64,000 nt of DNA from a virus (Duplodnaviria > Heunggongvirae > Uroviricota > Caudoviricetes), in IMG/VR virus record IMGVR_UViG_3300020050_007388, positions 15,730 through 79,729 of that record. One strand, given 5' to 3'. The position numbers and the translations under genes were made by a program. This document shows positions 49,290 through 58,290 of this stretch, one piece after another (within the stretch, counting starts at the first letter, position 1; the number at the start of each line of letters is the position of its first letter). The notes under the pieces are model-generated. The model saw nothing but the letters and a program-made list of their open reading frames with translations, made no database searches and had not been told where the DNA came from.

Positions 49290-50372
49290 ACCCACCATTT
49301 GAGTAAAATCTTTGTTCTTACTATAATATGCCAACAAAACAACATTATCTAATCCAGGTATATTCTCACCTTGTTTAAGAATCCTATTAGATCCTGTTAA
49401 CTTTGTTTTACCAGCTTTAAAATCTGCCAAATCCTGAACATAATTAGGATTATCTGACACAATAGATGTTGGGCATATATCTAACAAAGTAGCACTATCT
49501 TGACCAAATACTAAAGTTTTACCTGGCAACTTACTTATTAGATCTTTACATAGTTTTATTTTACTTGGTAAACTGTAAAGAAACCTAGCTCTTCTAGTTG
49601 CTACTTGAATAGTTCTAAACTTCTTTTCTTCAGCAGTTTTATACTTTGCAAACATAGCATCTCTAACAGACTTATCTAAATAACTATAGTTTAACTTTTC
49701 AGTAGTCCAGAATGTTTGACCTTTAGCTCCAGCTTGAATATTTCTATTAACATCATCTAATTGATGTTTAAGAACAAAAAACTTAATATCCCTAGTTGTC
49801 TTATTATCCATTGACTCTTGTAAAGAGTATGTATAAACAACTGGGCAGAACTTTTTAAGTAAATCAAACTTAGTAATCTCTTGACCTTGAATAAGATATT
49901 GAGTTTTCTTATCTATTGTAGCCGATAAACCTAACTTCGCATAAAGTGTAAATGTTCCATGATAATGAGAGTTTGAGTTATTAATAAACTCAATTCTTTT
50001 ATCACTAAGAATATCATGAATCTCATCCATGACAATAATTGTATTATCTACTACCGCATTGGGAAAGTAATCCCATAAGTTATATTTGTAAGCCCCTTGA
50101 TAAGTTGCAAATTTGAACTTGTAACCTTTCAGTGGATCCACACCATAGAATTTCTTATATTGTTGAGCATCTTGTAGAACAGTATTCTCCCTAACTACAG
50201 TCTCAGCTAAAAATAAAACATTGCTGCCTTTAGGCATACTTAAAATACACTTAAAAGCAACAAATGTTTTACCAGTGCCTGTAGCTTGTTCTATGGTTCC
50301 TATTTTACCATTATTTAACCAAGCCTGATGTGCTTCAGTTTGGACCTTTTCTTTAACTTTGTTGAGCATCAT
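49284..50372 (-). CDS. SF2 (DEAH/SNF2-like) DNA helicase, exon 1
   Basis: Motif I ATGTGKTFVAF, motif II VMDEIHDI, motif III LGLSATIDKK, motif V QGENIPGLDNVVLLAY. Ends TQMVGE* where motif VI (QxxGRxxR) should continue. Confidence 0.7.
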   Translation of the reverse strand: MMLNKVKEKVQTEAHQAWLNNGKIGTIEQATGTGKTFVAFKCILSMPKGSNVLFLAETVVRENTVLQDAQQYKKFYGVDPLKGYKFKFATYQGAYKYNLWDYFPNAVVDNTIIVMDEIHDILSDKRIEFINNSNSHYHGTFTLYAKLGLSATIDKKTQYLIQGQEITKFDLLKKFCPVVYTYSLQESMDNKTTRDIKFFVLKHQLDDVNRNIQAGAKGQTFWTTEKLNYSYLDKSVRDAMFAKYKTAEEKKFRTIQVATRRARFLYSLPSKIKLCKDLISKLPGKTLVFGQDSATLLDICPTSIVSDNPNYVQDLADFKAGKTKLTGSNRILKQGENIPGLDNVVLLAYYSKNKDFTQMVGE

Positions 50373-50967
50373 AATCTTTTTTAAATTTCCATAAATATCC
50401 TCCTAAACTTGCTCGTTTACCCAAAGCCACTTGACTTAATGACCCAGAACTTAATTTACAAACCAACCCTGCTTCTTTTATACAGCTAAATTCTGCAAGA
50501 ACTTTATGAGTCATCATATCTATTTTATATATTGGTTTACGATTAGAAGTGTGCTTTCTAGCATATTGAGCATCACTCATTCTTTTCTTGGATTCAATAC
50601 TTCTTTTCTTACCTGTATTTGCTTTTATTAATTTAGCTATTGATTCTTTACTTAATTTTCTTCCTAAACGGCTTCCTGCAATCTTTAATGCGTTATATTC
50701 AGGTTTATAATTATTTATGAAGTATTGTTCAATTCTAATTAAATGTTCCTTAGGACAGGTAAATAATATTTCAAACATGAAATTATCAGAACCATATTTA
50801 TTCCAACTTCTCTGTAAATATTTGGAATGATGCTTATTTTGTCTTAAATCATATCTATGAACTCCCCACCGAAGCCTAATATTTATTGCTGAACCAATAT
50901 AACACTTTCTTGTAGTTATATTAGTGATCTTATAAATACCTGAAATGGAATTTGATAACTTAATCAT
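50353..50967 (-). CDS. GIY-YIG homing endonuclease
   Basis: SGIYKITNITTRKCYIGSA ... R ... H ... YLQRSWNKYGSDNFMFEIL. Its 3' end overlaps the helicase start by 20 nt. Confidence 0.75.
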   Translation of the reverse strand: MIKLSNSISGIYKITNITTRKCYIGSAINIRLRWGVHRYDLRQNKHHSKYLQRSWNKYGSDNFMFEILFTCPKEHLIRIEQYFINNYKPEYNALKIAGSRLGRKLSKESIAKLIKANTGKKRSIESKKRMSDAQYARKHTSNRKPIYKIDMMTHKVLAEFSCIKEAGLVCKLSSGSLSQVALGKRASLGGYLWKFKKDYDAQQS

Positions 50968-50973
50968 AGAATA

Positions 50974-51201
50974 TCAAGCATGGATTATACTTTTAATGTG
51001 AAAATATACACAGCTCTCAATTGGTGTATTGGGTAAATAGCAAACACAAGTAAGTTTGTTTTGTTTTGCTAAAATAATTACTTCTTTAGGAGTTTCTCCA
51101 ACTAACCATATTAGATTGGAGAAACTCTCTATTGGATGTGTATGATTAAGTTTTAACTTTCTCACGATATAATTGCTAAAAGTAACATAAACATAGCCCA
51201 A
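50974..51201 (-). CDS. hypothetical protein (75 aa)
   Basis: ORF only. Confidence 0.3.
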   Translation of the reverse strand: MGYVYVTFSNYIVRKLKLNHTHPIESFSNLIWLVGETPKEVIILAKQNKLTCVCYLPNTPIESCVYFHIKSIIHA

Positions 51202-51264
51202 TAGAAAGTTATTTCACATAACTCTCCGGCATTAATTTCTGGTTCTACATGATATGTAGGTTTA

Positions 51265-51699
51265 TTAATTTTCAATTGTTCCTTCATCTCCTGATGAAAT
51301 TGATTTCTGATAACTTTCATATTCTTCTTTTGTTGATGGTAAATAAAAAAATAAATGTGTCCAAGTTTCACGTTCTTGAAACATCTTTCCTGTAAAAACG
51401 GTTCCACTAAACCCTCCTACTTTCTTTACAACTTTTACAATTTCATTTCTAGATATAAGTTTAAGATAATCTGGAATATCTTCAACCTTCCTTTCTTCCC
51501 ACCATTCTAACTTTTTAAATATTGCTGGATATTCGTCTGGGCAAAAAGCATCAAATGGATGAGGTGAAGTATAAAAAGTTCCATCACCAGACCAATGATC
51601 TTGCCCAACAATTATTTCTCCAATATTAAAAGTTCCTTGATTTCCAGGAAAATCAGCAATAACCTTCCACCTTGGTTTCATTAATTCTTCTGTACTCAT
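51265..51699 (-). CDS. hypothetical protein (144 aa)
   Basis: ORF only. Confidence 0.5.
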   Translation of the reverse strand: MSTEELMKPRWKVIADFPGNQGTFNIGEIIVGQDHWSGDGTFYTSPHPFDAFCPDEYPAIFKKLEWWEERKVEDIPDYLKLISRNEIVKVVKKVGGFSGTVFTGKMFQERETWTHLFFYLPSTKEEYESYQKSISSGDEGTIEN

Positions 51700-52235
51700 T
51701 TGAATAAATGTATAATTTGTTTAGGAAGTTTTCTATGAACTCTTTTCATCCATTTCCCGTGAGCAGTTGTATGATCGCAAGGACCTGCCCAGTAGAAAAT
51801 TGTATCTGTACAAAATCTATTACCCTCAATAATAGATTGAGCCATTTCCCTATTTTGAACACTAATACTATCATGTGTATCAAATTTAAATTGTTCAGGA
51901 TTATATTTCCACAATCCAGTAAACTGTTCTGGAGCTAATAGTTGTTCCTTAACTGTTGTTCCATTATTGTTAAAATTATAAATAATTCGGTTATGAAAAG
52001 CTTCCATAACTAACCAACGTTCTAACTTACTTAAGTTAAAACATTCATGATAAGCAACTGCAGCCATAACCTCATCTAAAGGATATTGGTTTACTGAATC
52101 TTTATCTAACTCATAACTATAACCTAACTCAATTTCTGGAATACTTATATGAGTTTCAGACTTAGGTTTATATAGGATTAGAATTAATCCCAACACTAAT
52201 GACATTTTCATTACTACTTTGCATATTGTATACAT
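51696..52235 (-). CDS. putative cell-wall hydrolase (SleB/Hydrolase_2-like) with N-terminal signal/TM
   Basis: Hydrophobic N-terminus MSLVLGLILILY. MAAVAYHECFN ... VMEAFHNRI resembles the SleB-family AVA...NR core. Weak. Confidence 0.35.
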   Translation of the reverse strand: MYTICKVVMKMSLVLGLILILYKPKSETHISIPEIELGYSYELDKDSVNQYPLDEVMAAVAYHECFNLSKLERWLVMEAFHNRIIYNFNNNGTTVKEQLLAPEQFTGLWKYNPEQFKFDTHDSISVQNREMAQSIIEGNRFCTDTIFYWAGPCDHTTAHGKWMKRVHRKLPKQIIHLFK

Positions 52236-52791
52236 CTTTTTGTAGTTTGGTGAACAAATTTGGAAACTGTTGTTTCCATTCCTTAAATCTTCTCCTAATA
52301 ACTAAATTAGGATTTTCCTTCATCATTAACTTTAGTCTAATACCAACAGCATAATTGGTATCCTGTACTTGAGAATCTAAATCTCTTAATTTATGAATCT
52401 GTTCAATGTGTCTATCTTGAACAATGTCTAAATGAAAGTTCATTCTATCTCGATTTCCTGTATACCAACAAGAATAATGATCCAGTAGGCTTGTTACTTC
52501 ATTACCATCATAGATTACTTCCTTTCTATCAGAATTAACATATTCTTCTGGAAGATCTAAGAATACGTAGATGGGGACCTTTTTAGTTTCTACAAAACCT
52601 GTATTTAAATTTAAACATTCCCAAACTTCATAATAAACATGATCTCTACCATCTTCCAATACAGCAGATGGTTTAACAGAAACTACTCTGACACCATCTG
52701 ATTTTCTCCTCCATTCCCCTAAATAGGATAAGAGTTCATACTTTGTATCCTCCTTACCTAAAGTCAATAACTGTCCTACTTTATAGTTCAT
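52168..52791 (-). CDS. hypothetical protein (207 aa)
   Basis: ORF only. Confidence 0.5.
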   Translation of the reverse strand: MNYKVGQLLTLGKEDTKYELLSYLGEWRRKSDGVRVVSVKPSAVLEDGRDHVYYEVWECLNLNTGFVETKKVPIYVFLDLPEEYVNSDRKEVIYDGNEVTSLLDHYSCWYTGNRDRMNFHLDIVQDRHIEQIHKLRDLDSQVQDTNYAVGIRLKLMMKENPNLVIRRRFKEWKQQFPNLFTKLQKDVYNMQSSNENVISVGINSNPI

Positions 52792-52796
52792 ATTAA

Positions 52797-52967
52797 ATTA
52801 TTTATTTTAGATTTAATAAGTCTCCAAATAAATAGATTATTGTAAAACTCTTCCTTTGTTTTAAACTCATTATTGAGTAAACCAAGAACAGCCATAATTG
52901 GAGTCATTATAACTGCAAGAAATAAAAATGTTGCTAAAAAAGCAAGTATTATAACTAAAATTTTCAT
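52797..52967 (-). CDS. small hydrophobic membrane protein (56 aa; absent from the ORF track because it is under 60 aa)
   Basis: Hand-translated: MKILVIILAFLATFLFLAVIMTPIMAVLGLLNNEFKTKEEFYNNLFIWRLIKSKIK. One long TM segment. Confidence 0.35.
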
Positions 52968-53033
52968 ATCAAAAAAGGTTTAGAAAAAAGTGAACAATCT
53001 GAATCTTGGAAACAAATTGTCCACCTTAGTTAT

Positions 53034-53522
53034 TTAAAATTTCTCTTGTTGCTCGTTATGCCGAACCCAAAGACTGTTTGGATCAGCACCTGTCAACACT
53101 TTTTCCAAATCTGCACACTTTTTATTCCAATAAGTGTATGCAGTTTGATTATCTGGATCTCCTCTACGACCAATTTCACCCAATAGAGCATAAATAGCAC
53201 CCATCAAACCTGTATCAGTTAGATTTTGTGCCATATGAGTGAATGAAGGATTCCGAGGAATTACATTGGTAATACGCTTAATCAAATCATCTACAGAAGT
53301 ATTAGATCCTTTTTGCAAATAATCAATACCTGCAGTTGTTGGAACCAATCCATTTTCAGATTCTTTGATAAAACCAGCTTCAATTAATTCATCTTGTTGT
53401 GGTTTCAAGTCTTTATTTTCATCCAACACCCATTCAACAAATGCTTGATCTGGATGTGTTTGAGCTGCCAAATTTACCAATAAAAAGTTGGCTCTTTTAC
53501 TTAAGTTTTTTTTCTTAATCAT
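53034..53522 (-). CDS. hypothetical protein (162 aa)
   Basis: ORF only. Confidence 0.5.
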   Translation of the reverse strand: MIKKKNLSKRANFLLVNLAAQTHPDQAFVEWVLDENKDLKPQQDELIEAGFIKESENGLVPTTAGIDYLQKGSNTSVDDLIKRITNVIPRNPSFTHMAQNLTDTGLMGAIYALLGEIGRRGDPDNQTAYTYWNKKCADLEKVLTGADPNSLWVRHNEQQEKF

Positions 53523-53787
53523 GTGTTACCTGTTTAAGTGTTGCTTGATAATGATTTTTACTTCCCTTCCCTACTCTCGCAGCCTTTCTTCTTGGAGCAT
53601 AACCTACAGTGGTAAATACTCGATCACATTTAATTTCCCAAATATGAATATTCCCATTTGGACATGTGCAAATAAATTTCTCTCCTAATTTAGCTCCATG
53701 TTGAAGCTTGAGCTTAAGACCTTGGATAGTAGAAGATGGCGCTCGTGTAATACCATCAGCTAGTTTAATTTCCTTATATGATTTCAT
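53515..53787 (-). CDS. hypothetical basic protein (90 aa)
   Basis: ORF only. K/R-rich. Confidence 0.4.
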   Translation of the reverse strand: MKSYKEIKLADGITRAPSSTIQGLKLKLQHGAKLGEKFICTCPNGNIHIWEIKCDRVFTTVGYAPRRKAARVGKGSKNHYQATLKQVTHD

Positions 53788-53897
53788 GTACTAATTAATT
53801 TTAAAAATTAAAGTGTGGAATATCTCATTTAATAAGGTTCTAACCTTAAACGCTCTCACGGCTAATTAAAATATTAATAAACCACACTTTAAAAGTT

Positions 53898-54761
53898 TTA
53901 GCGAGGTACTCCTAACATCATACCAGCTTGAGCGCCAGTAATATATGTAGGTAAAGCACCATCCCATTTGTCAATCCACCATTCTTGTAGAAGAAGTGGA
54001 GTAACAGCTTCACGTCGGTTTTTCAAAGCTTCAGCTTCAGCTCTACTTGTAACAAGCATTGCTTCTGCATTAGCCTTTGCTCTAGCAATTAAGACAGCTG
54101 CTTCAGCATTTGCTTTAACTGTTTCTGCTTTAGCTGTAAATACTGCTTGAATTGACGCATTCTCAGCTTCCTTAGTTTTCAAAATTGATTCTGGTGGTCT
54201 AACACCAGTCACAAAATTGTTCAAATGAAATCCTAAGCGGGCAAATCTAACTCTAATTGAATCTTCAATAACTTGAGCAATACCCATTTTATCATTCATC
54301 ATTAAAGTATCTCGGTTTTTACCAATAATCTCGACATAAGTATTATTGACAATTGGAACCAAGAAATGTTGACCAACATCAGCTAAAAAACTATCCTTTC
54401 CTTCTGACAAATAAGAATTAAACATATGACACACAACAGGTGCATCTTTCCGAATAATACTAAATGTCATACTTGGATCAACTTCCCATTTACCATTTTC
54501 TTTTGACAATACCTGACGAAAAGGTAAATCAATAGTCCAAGGATTACCAGGAAGAATGAATGATTTAGTAGCTGGAGTGAAATCAAATGGGAAAGAACCT
54601 TGCCACAATTTGTAATCTGGAATACCGTTATATCCACCATTCACCATGTAAATCCCGATTTCATCAGGTTGTACATATTTGTAGGATGCTAAACGAATTA
54701 CACCATAAGAAAACAATAGTGTTAATGCAGTAATTAAACCGAATTTTAAATATTTATTCAT
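53898..54761 (-). CDS. SPFH/band-7 (prohibitin/stomatin-like) membrane protein
   Basis: N-terminal TM LITALTLLFSYGVI. C-terminal alanine/glutamate-rich coiled coil AKAETVKANAEAAVLIARAKANAEAMLVTSRAEAEALKNRREA, typical of SPFH proteins. Confidence 0.55.
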   Translation of the reverse strand: MNKYLKFGLITALTLLFSYGVIRLASYKYVQPDEIGIYMVNGGYNGIPDYKLWQGSFPFDFTPATKSFILPGNPWTIDLPFRQVLSKENGKWEVDPSMTFSIIRKDAPVVCHMFNSYLSEGKDSFLADVGQHFLVPIVNNTYVEIIGKNRDTLMMNDKMGIAQVIEDSIRVRFARLGFHLNNFVTGVRPPESILKTKEAENASIQAVFTAKAETVKANAEAAVLIARAKANAEAMLVTSRAEAEALKNRREAVTPLLLQEWWIDKWDGALPTYITGAQAGMMLGVPR

Positions 54762-54873
54762 AAAAACTAATTAGTTACAATTTATAGTACCCCTGACAGG
54801 GGATGATCCTGCACGGACTTCACAGTCCAAAAGGGTTTAAACCTTTCTCGGCTTCCAGTTACGACACAGGGGC

Positions 54874-55710
54874 TTATTGTTTAACTTGATCTAATATTCC
54901 GTATCTTATACACCATTTTCTAACCGCATTATCACTAACGTTAAAATGTTTTCCTACTTGTAAAAAGTTTTTATGGATTTTAAATGCTTCAAGTAAAGTT
55001 TCATATGTAGGAACTTTAATAGACGCAGCTATATTTTTACATTCATATGAACAATATACATTTCTAGTTCTAGTAAGAATGTTATCACAAACCTTACAGT
55101 GTTTCAACACTACCGTTTTAGCAACTTTTGGTAAAACTATCTTTTTATTTACTAAAACTTCAGTAGTGTCACGATTATTATATTTTTCTAATCTTAATTT
55201 AGAAACAAAGCTTGTTTGATTCTTTCCCCTAAAAGTTGGTGTTTGAGAATGACAATTTGGACACAGTAATTCTAAATTTGAAATTAAATTATTTGTGTTT
55301 TCCCCATCAATGTGGTTAAGCTCTAATGTAATATTAGAGCCATTCCAATTAGAAATACCACATTTATTACATTCGTATTTAACGTGACCACCATCCAAAA
55401 GATTCCTTTTTACAGTTTTATTAGATGTACACTTTGAATCTTTAATAAATAATTCTTGAGGACTATAAGTTTTTGCAAAATTTTTATATCTGACCCCTAC
55501 ATTCCAACCTTGTCCTGTGAAATGTTCAGTAGAAATGCCAAACTCAATAAATTTCTTTTTTAAAGTTCTGTAGTTTCCCCCAAGAGGTCTCAGATTTAAC
55601 TCCCTACAAACTTGTGCTGTTGATAAGCTTTTGTTAACAGCTTCTTGTAATTGTTCTTTCGTAATTTTGTATCTCATGTTTATATGATTGTGTGAGACAC
55701 AAAGATACAC
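54874..55710 (-). CDS. HNH homing endonuclease
   Basis: CNKCG ... LELNHIDGENTNNLISNLELLCPNCHSQT matches the HNH ββα-Me zinc-finger core. Confidence 0.7.
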   Translation of the reverse strand: MYLCVSHNHINMRYKITKEQLQEAVNKSLSTAQVCRELNLRPLGGNYRTLKKKFIEFGISTEHFTGQGWNVGVRYKNFAKTYSPQELFIKDSKCTSNKTVKRNLLDGGHVKYECNKCGISNWNGSNITLELNHIDGENTNNLISNLELLCPNCHSQTPTFRGKNQTSFVSKLRLEKYNNRDTTEVLVNKKIVLPKVAKTVVLKHCKVCDNILTRTRNVYCSYECKNIAASIKVPTYETLLEAFKIHKNFLQVGKHFNVSDNAVRKWCIRYGILDQVKQ

Positions 55711-55860
55711 TATGATTTACGAGTTTTAAACAATTTAGAAATAAATCAAGTACTTTATCGACTAACAATACTTATTTATCGACGAACTACATAAAATCAT
55801 CGACATAAATATTTTATAAGTGTGACATGTATAGCAGTTCCATCACCGGACCAAAAACAT

Positions 55861-56067
55861 TTACTTTTTATCTTTTACTTCTTTCTTTTCAGAATCTTTC
55901 ACTTCTTCCTTCTTTTGAAAATCCTCTTGAGCTTTTTTCATACAAGTATTTTTATGATAACCACAACCACAATCACAAATATGATCGGGTTTTTCATAAT
56001 GGTGCTTTTCTAAACTCATACGTTCTTTTTTAGTTAACTTTTTTCTATCTGGTAAATTCTTACGCAT
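55861..56067 (-). CDS. small Cys-rich protein (68 aa)
   Basis: HICDCGCGYHKNTC cluster. Confidence 0.35.
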   Translation of the reverse strand: MRKNLPDRKKLTKKERMSLEKHHYEKPDHICDCGCGYHKNTCMKKAQEDFQKKEEVKDSEKKEVKDKK

Positions 56068-56281
56068 AACTAAATAATTTAAAATTGATAGGGATGCTTG
56101 CTTACCTATCTTCCTCCCGCATACTTAATTGTATTGGAGATTGCTCTACTTAAACACGGATAGAGTGCCTACATTACTGTGTTACCACAGTTATAAATTA
56201 CAGATCTAGTAGTTTTAACATAAGTAACTCCTAGCATTTCTCTAAATGGAAAAGGTGGTGTTAACCCTTCTGTATTTATTC

Positions 56282-56647
56282 TTACTTCACTTCTTCAGCT
56301 CCAACTCCAGCTGTAGCCAATGCTTGCTCAAAGTCAAAACCAAAATCAGCAGCAGTTGCACGTACAGCAGAGGTCAAAGGACTAATGCTGATAATTGGCT
56401 CATTTGGACGATCTTCAGTAAATACGACATTGCACAAATAATCAGTACCAAGTTTAATACCTTTGTCCAAATTTGCTTTGTAGCAAATTGCTGACCGGGT
56501 TTTCCCTTCAAAGGAAATAGAACCTACTACATACTCTGTTCCATTACTGTTTTCCAATAGTGTATCACCAAGTGATACTACTGTTGCTTTAATTTGACCA
56601 GTAAATTGTTTTCTGGTTGCATCGAATTCAAGATTTTCAATTTTCAT
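56282..56647 (-). CDS. hypothetical protein (121 aa)
   Basis: ORF only. Confidence 0.5.
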   Translation of the reverse strand: MKIENLEFDATRKQFTGQIKATVVSLGDTLLENSNGTEYVVGSISFEGKTRSAICYKANLDKGIKLGTDYLCNVVFTEDRPNEPIISISPLTSAVRATAADFGFDFEQALATAGVGAEEVK

Positions 56648-56697
56648 TGTTAACTTTGTTTAAATTATTTAAATTTGTCAATAATACAACTGACTTT

Positions 56698-56772
56698 GTG
56701 GTGAGAGAAGATTTTGAGCCTCCGACCTGTTGTGTTTCAAACAACCGCTCTTACCATCTGAGCTACCTCACC
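56698..56772 (-). tRNA. tRNA-Phe (anticodon GAA)
   Basis: Reverse complement GGTGAGG-TA-GCTC-AGATGGTAA-GAGC-G-GTTGT-TTGAAAC-ACAAC-AGGTC-GGAGG-CTCAAAA-TCTTC-TCTCACC-A folds as a cloverleaf. Anticodon loop TT-GAA-AC. T-loop is atypical (C at position 54). No encoded CCA. Confidence 0.65.
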
Positions 56773-56785
56773 TACACATCTTTTA

Positions 56786-57379
56786 CTATAAAGGTTTATA
56801 AGCATTATTTATGCCATACATGGATGTATCATTTCCTTTTACCATATATGAATCCTTATCTGTATGTGGATTAATAACTATTTGAGATACAATACCTAAA
56901 TACTTAAATATATGTGTATTAGATCTTCTAAAGACTTCATCTCCAACTACAGGAATAAACTTTTCGTAGTATTTATTTTGTCTTCTAGGCCATTTACAAG
57001 TATGACCAATACAAGTGTATATATTAGATTCACCAAATCCTGGTTCATTTTCTTCTCCAGGTAATCTAGAACCCTTTTTCTGATTACATTTATAACACAT
57101 TGGTTGTTTATTATCCAAACCTTCACCACCACCTCTTGATTTAGGAATGATATGGTCCACAGTAAGTGGATAAAAATCACTTGTGTAAACATCCCAATGT
57201 TTACCAGCCTTTTTTCCCTTACCTTCTCCTAATGCAATTTGTGTAGCTTCAATACCACACTCAACACATTTGCATCCTTTCAGATGAAAGACTTTAAGTC
57301 TTGGATGCTCTTTAAATTCTTCTAAAGCCGTGATAGGTTTAGTTTCTAGAATTTTATAATGAAAAAATTGTGCTCTCAT
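56786..57379 (-). CDS. HNH endonuclease
   Basis: CVECG ... VDHIIPKSRGGGEGLDNKQPMCYKCNQKKGSRL is a classic HNH motif. Confidence 0.7.
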   Translation of the reverse strand: MRAQFFHYKILETKPITALEEFKEHPRLKVFHLKGCKCVECGIEATQIALGEGKGKKAGKHWDVYTSDFYPLTVDHIIPKSRGGGEGLDNKQPMCYKCNQKKGSRLPGEENEPGFGESNIYTCIGHTCKWPRRQNKYYEKFIPVVGDEVFRRSNTHIFKYLGIVSQIVINPHTDKDSYMVKGNDTSMYGINNAYKPL

Positions 57380-57598
57380 AAATAATTTAAAGTTTTAAAA
57401 ATAACTCTGCCAGTTTCAGTCTGGAACCATAAAATGTTATCTTCACTCCTAATATACCGTGTATGCCTACTCAGCAAGGTGGTTACTAATAGCATTATTA
57501 TATCTTCTCCATAAACAATGACGCTGAAACGTCTCTTATACACTGATCCTATAAATAGGGTAGATTTAGTGTTTACTTCAAAGCAGAGTTATATATTA

Positions 57599-57823
57599 TT
57601 ACCAATGTGTTTTACCAGTGGTATTACGTTTAACCTTTTTAGGTTTATCTTTTGGCTTTTCACCTATAAATTGAATATCTTTCAATTCATTTGGATGAGG
57701 AACTTGTTGTACATTAGCAATACTTTGTATAAAAGTTGTTCTTGTAACAACTGTATCAATTACTGTTTGAGCTGACAATTGAAAACTAACAATTGTCAAT
57801 ATTGCAATAATCAAATTTTTCAT
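57599..57823 (-). CDS. small secreted protein (74 aa)
   Basis: Signal peptide MKNLIIAILTIVSFQLSAQ (Bacteroidetes-type SAQ cleavage context). Confidence 0.45.
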   Translation of the reverse strand: MKNLIIAILTIVSFQLSAQTVIDTVVTRTTFIQSIANVQQVPHPNELKDIQFIGEKPKDKPKKVKRNTTGKTHW

Positions 57824-58071
57824 TTTAAAATTTCAATTTCATTTAACATGTAAAGTTCTGGACGTTGTGATCCTAAAACTGTTGGTCCATCATAAACAAC
57901 AATACTATCAGCTGGACGAATGATGGAATCAGGTTCACACTTAATAGGTTTTAAACCTAAGAATTTACCCTCAAACATTTGAGTTTCTTCAGGGGTTTCT
58001 TTGGTATTATAGTATTTCCAATTACTAGATTGAATAGTAATACCTTTGTAGATAAATTTAATTTCAGTCAT
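57820..58071 (-). CDS. hypothetical protein (83 aa)
   Basis: ORF only. Confidence 0.4.
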   Translation of the reverse strand: MTEIKFIYKGITIQSSNWKYYNTKETPEETQMFEGKFLGLKPIKCEPDSIIRPADSIVVYDGPTVLGSQRPELYMLNEIEILK

Positions 58072-58093
58072 TATTTAAAAATTTAATGTTTAG

Positions 58094-58165
58094 TTGCGCA
58101 GCCGGGATATGCACCCAGGTCTCAAGGTTATGAGCCTCGCGAGTTAACTACTTCTCTACCGCGCA
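58094..58165 (-). tRNA. tRNA-Met/Ile2 (anticodon CAT)
   Basis: Reverse complement TGCGCGG-TA-GAG...CTC-G-CGAGG-CTCATAA-CCTTG-AGAC-CTGGG-TGCATAT-CCCGG-CTGCGCA-A. Anticodon loop CT-CAT-AA. 3-bp D-stem. No CCA. Confidence 0.55.
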
Positions 58166-58290
58166 ATTTAATAATTAATTAGGTAGGACTGATTACCTAC
58201 ATGTAGACCTTACGTATTATCTACCAGCCATAGAGTCGAACTATGTTGATTGCCCCTACTGTATGTCTAAATTCCATCACTAATTAATTG

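Noticed and set aside
56068-56281. 214-nt intergenic region with GC-rich patches (GGGATGCTTGC ... CCTCCCGC) examined as a possible fourth tRNA
   Set aside because: The hairpins found (e.g. CTCTA ... TAGAG) do not form a cloverleaf. The GGGATGC segment has no complementary GCATCCC partner. It is more likely a promoter/leader region for the divergently arranged small genes.
57380-57598. CCAG-TTTCAGT-CTGG hairpin examined as a tRNA T-arm
   Set aside because: The stem is only 4 bp, and there is no D-arm, anticodon arm or acceptor pairing in the flanks.
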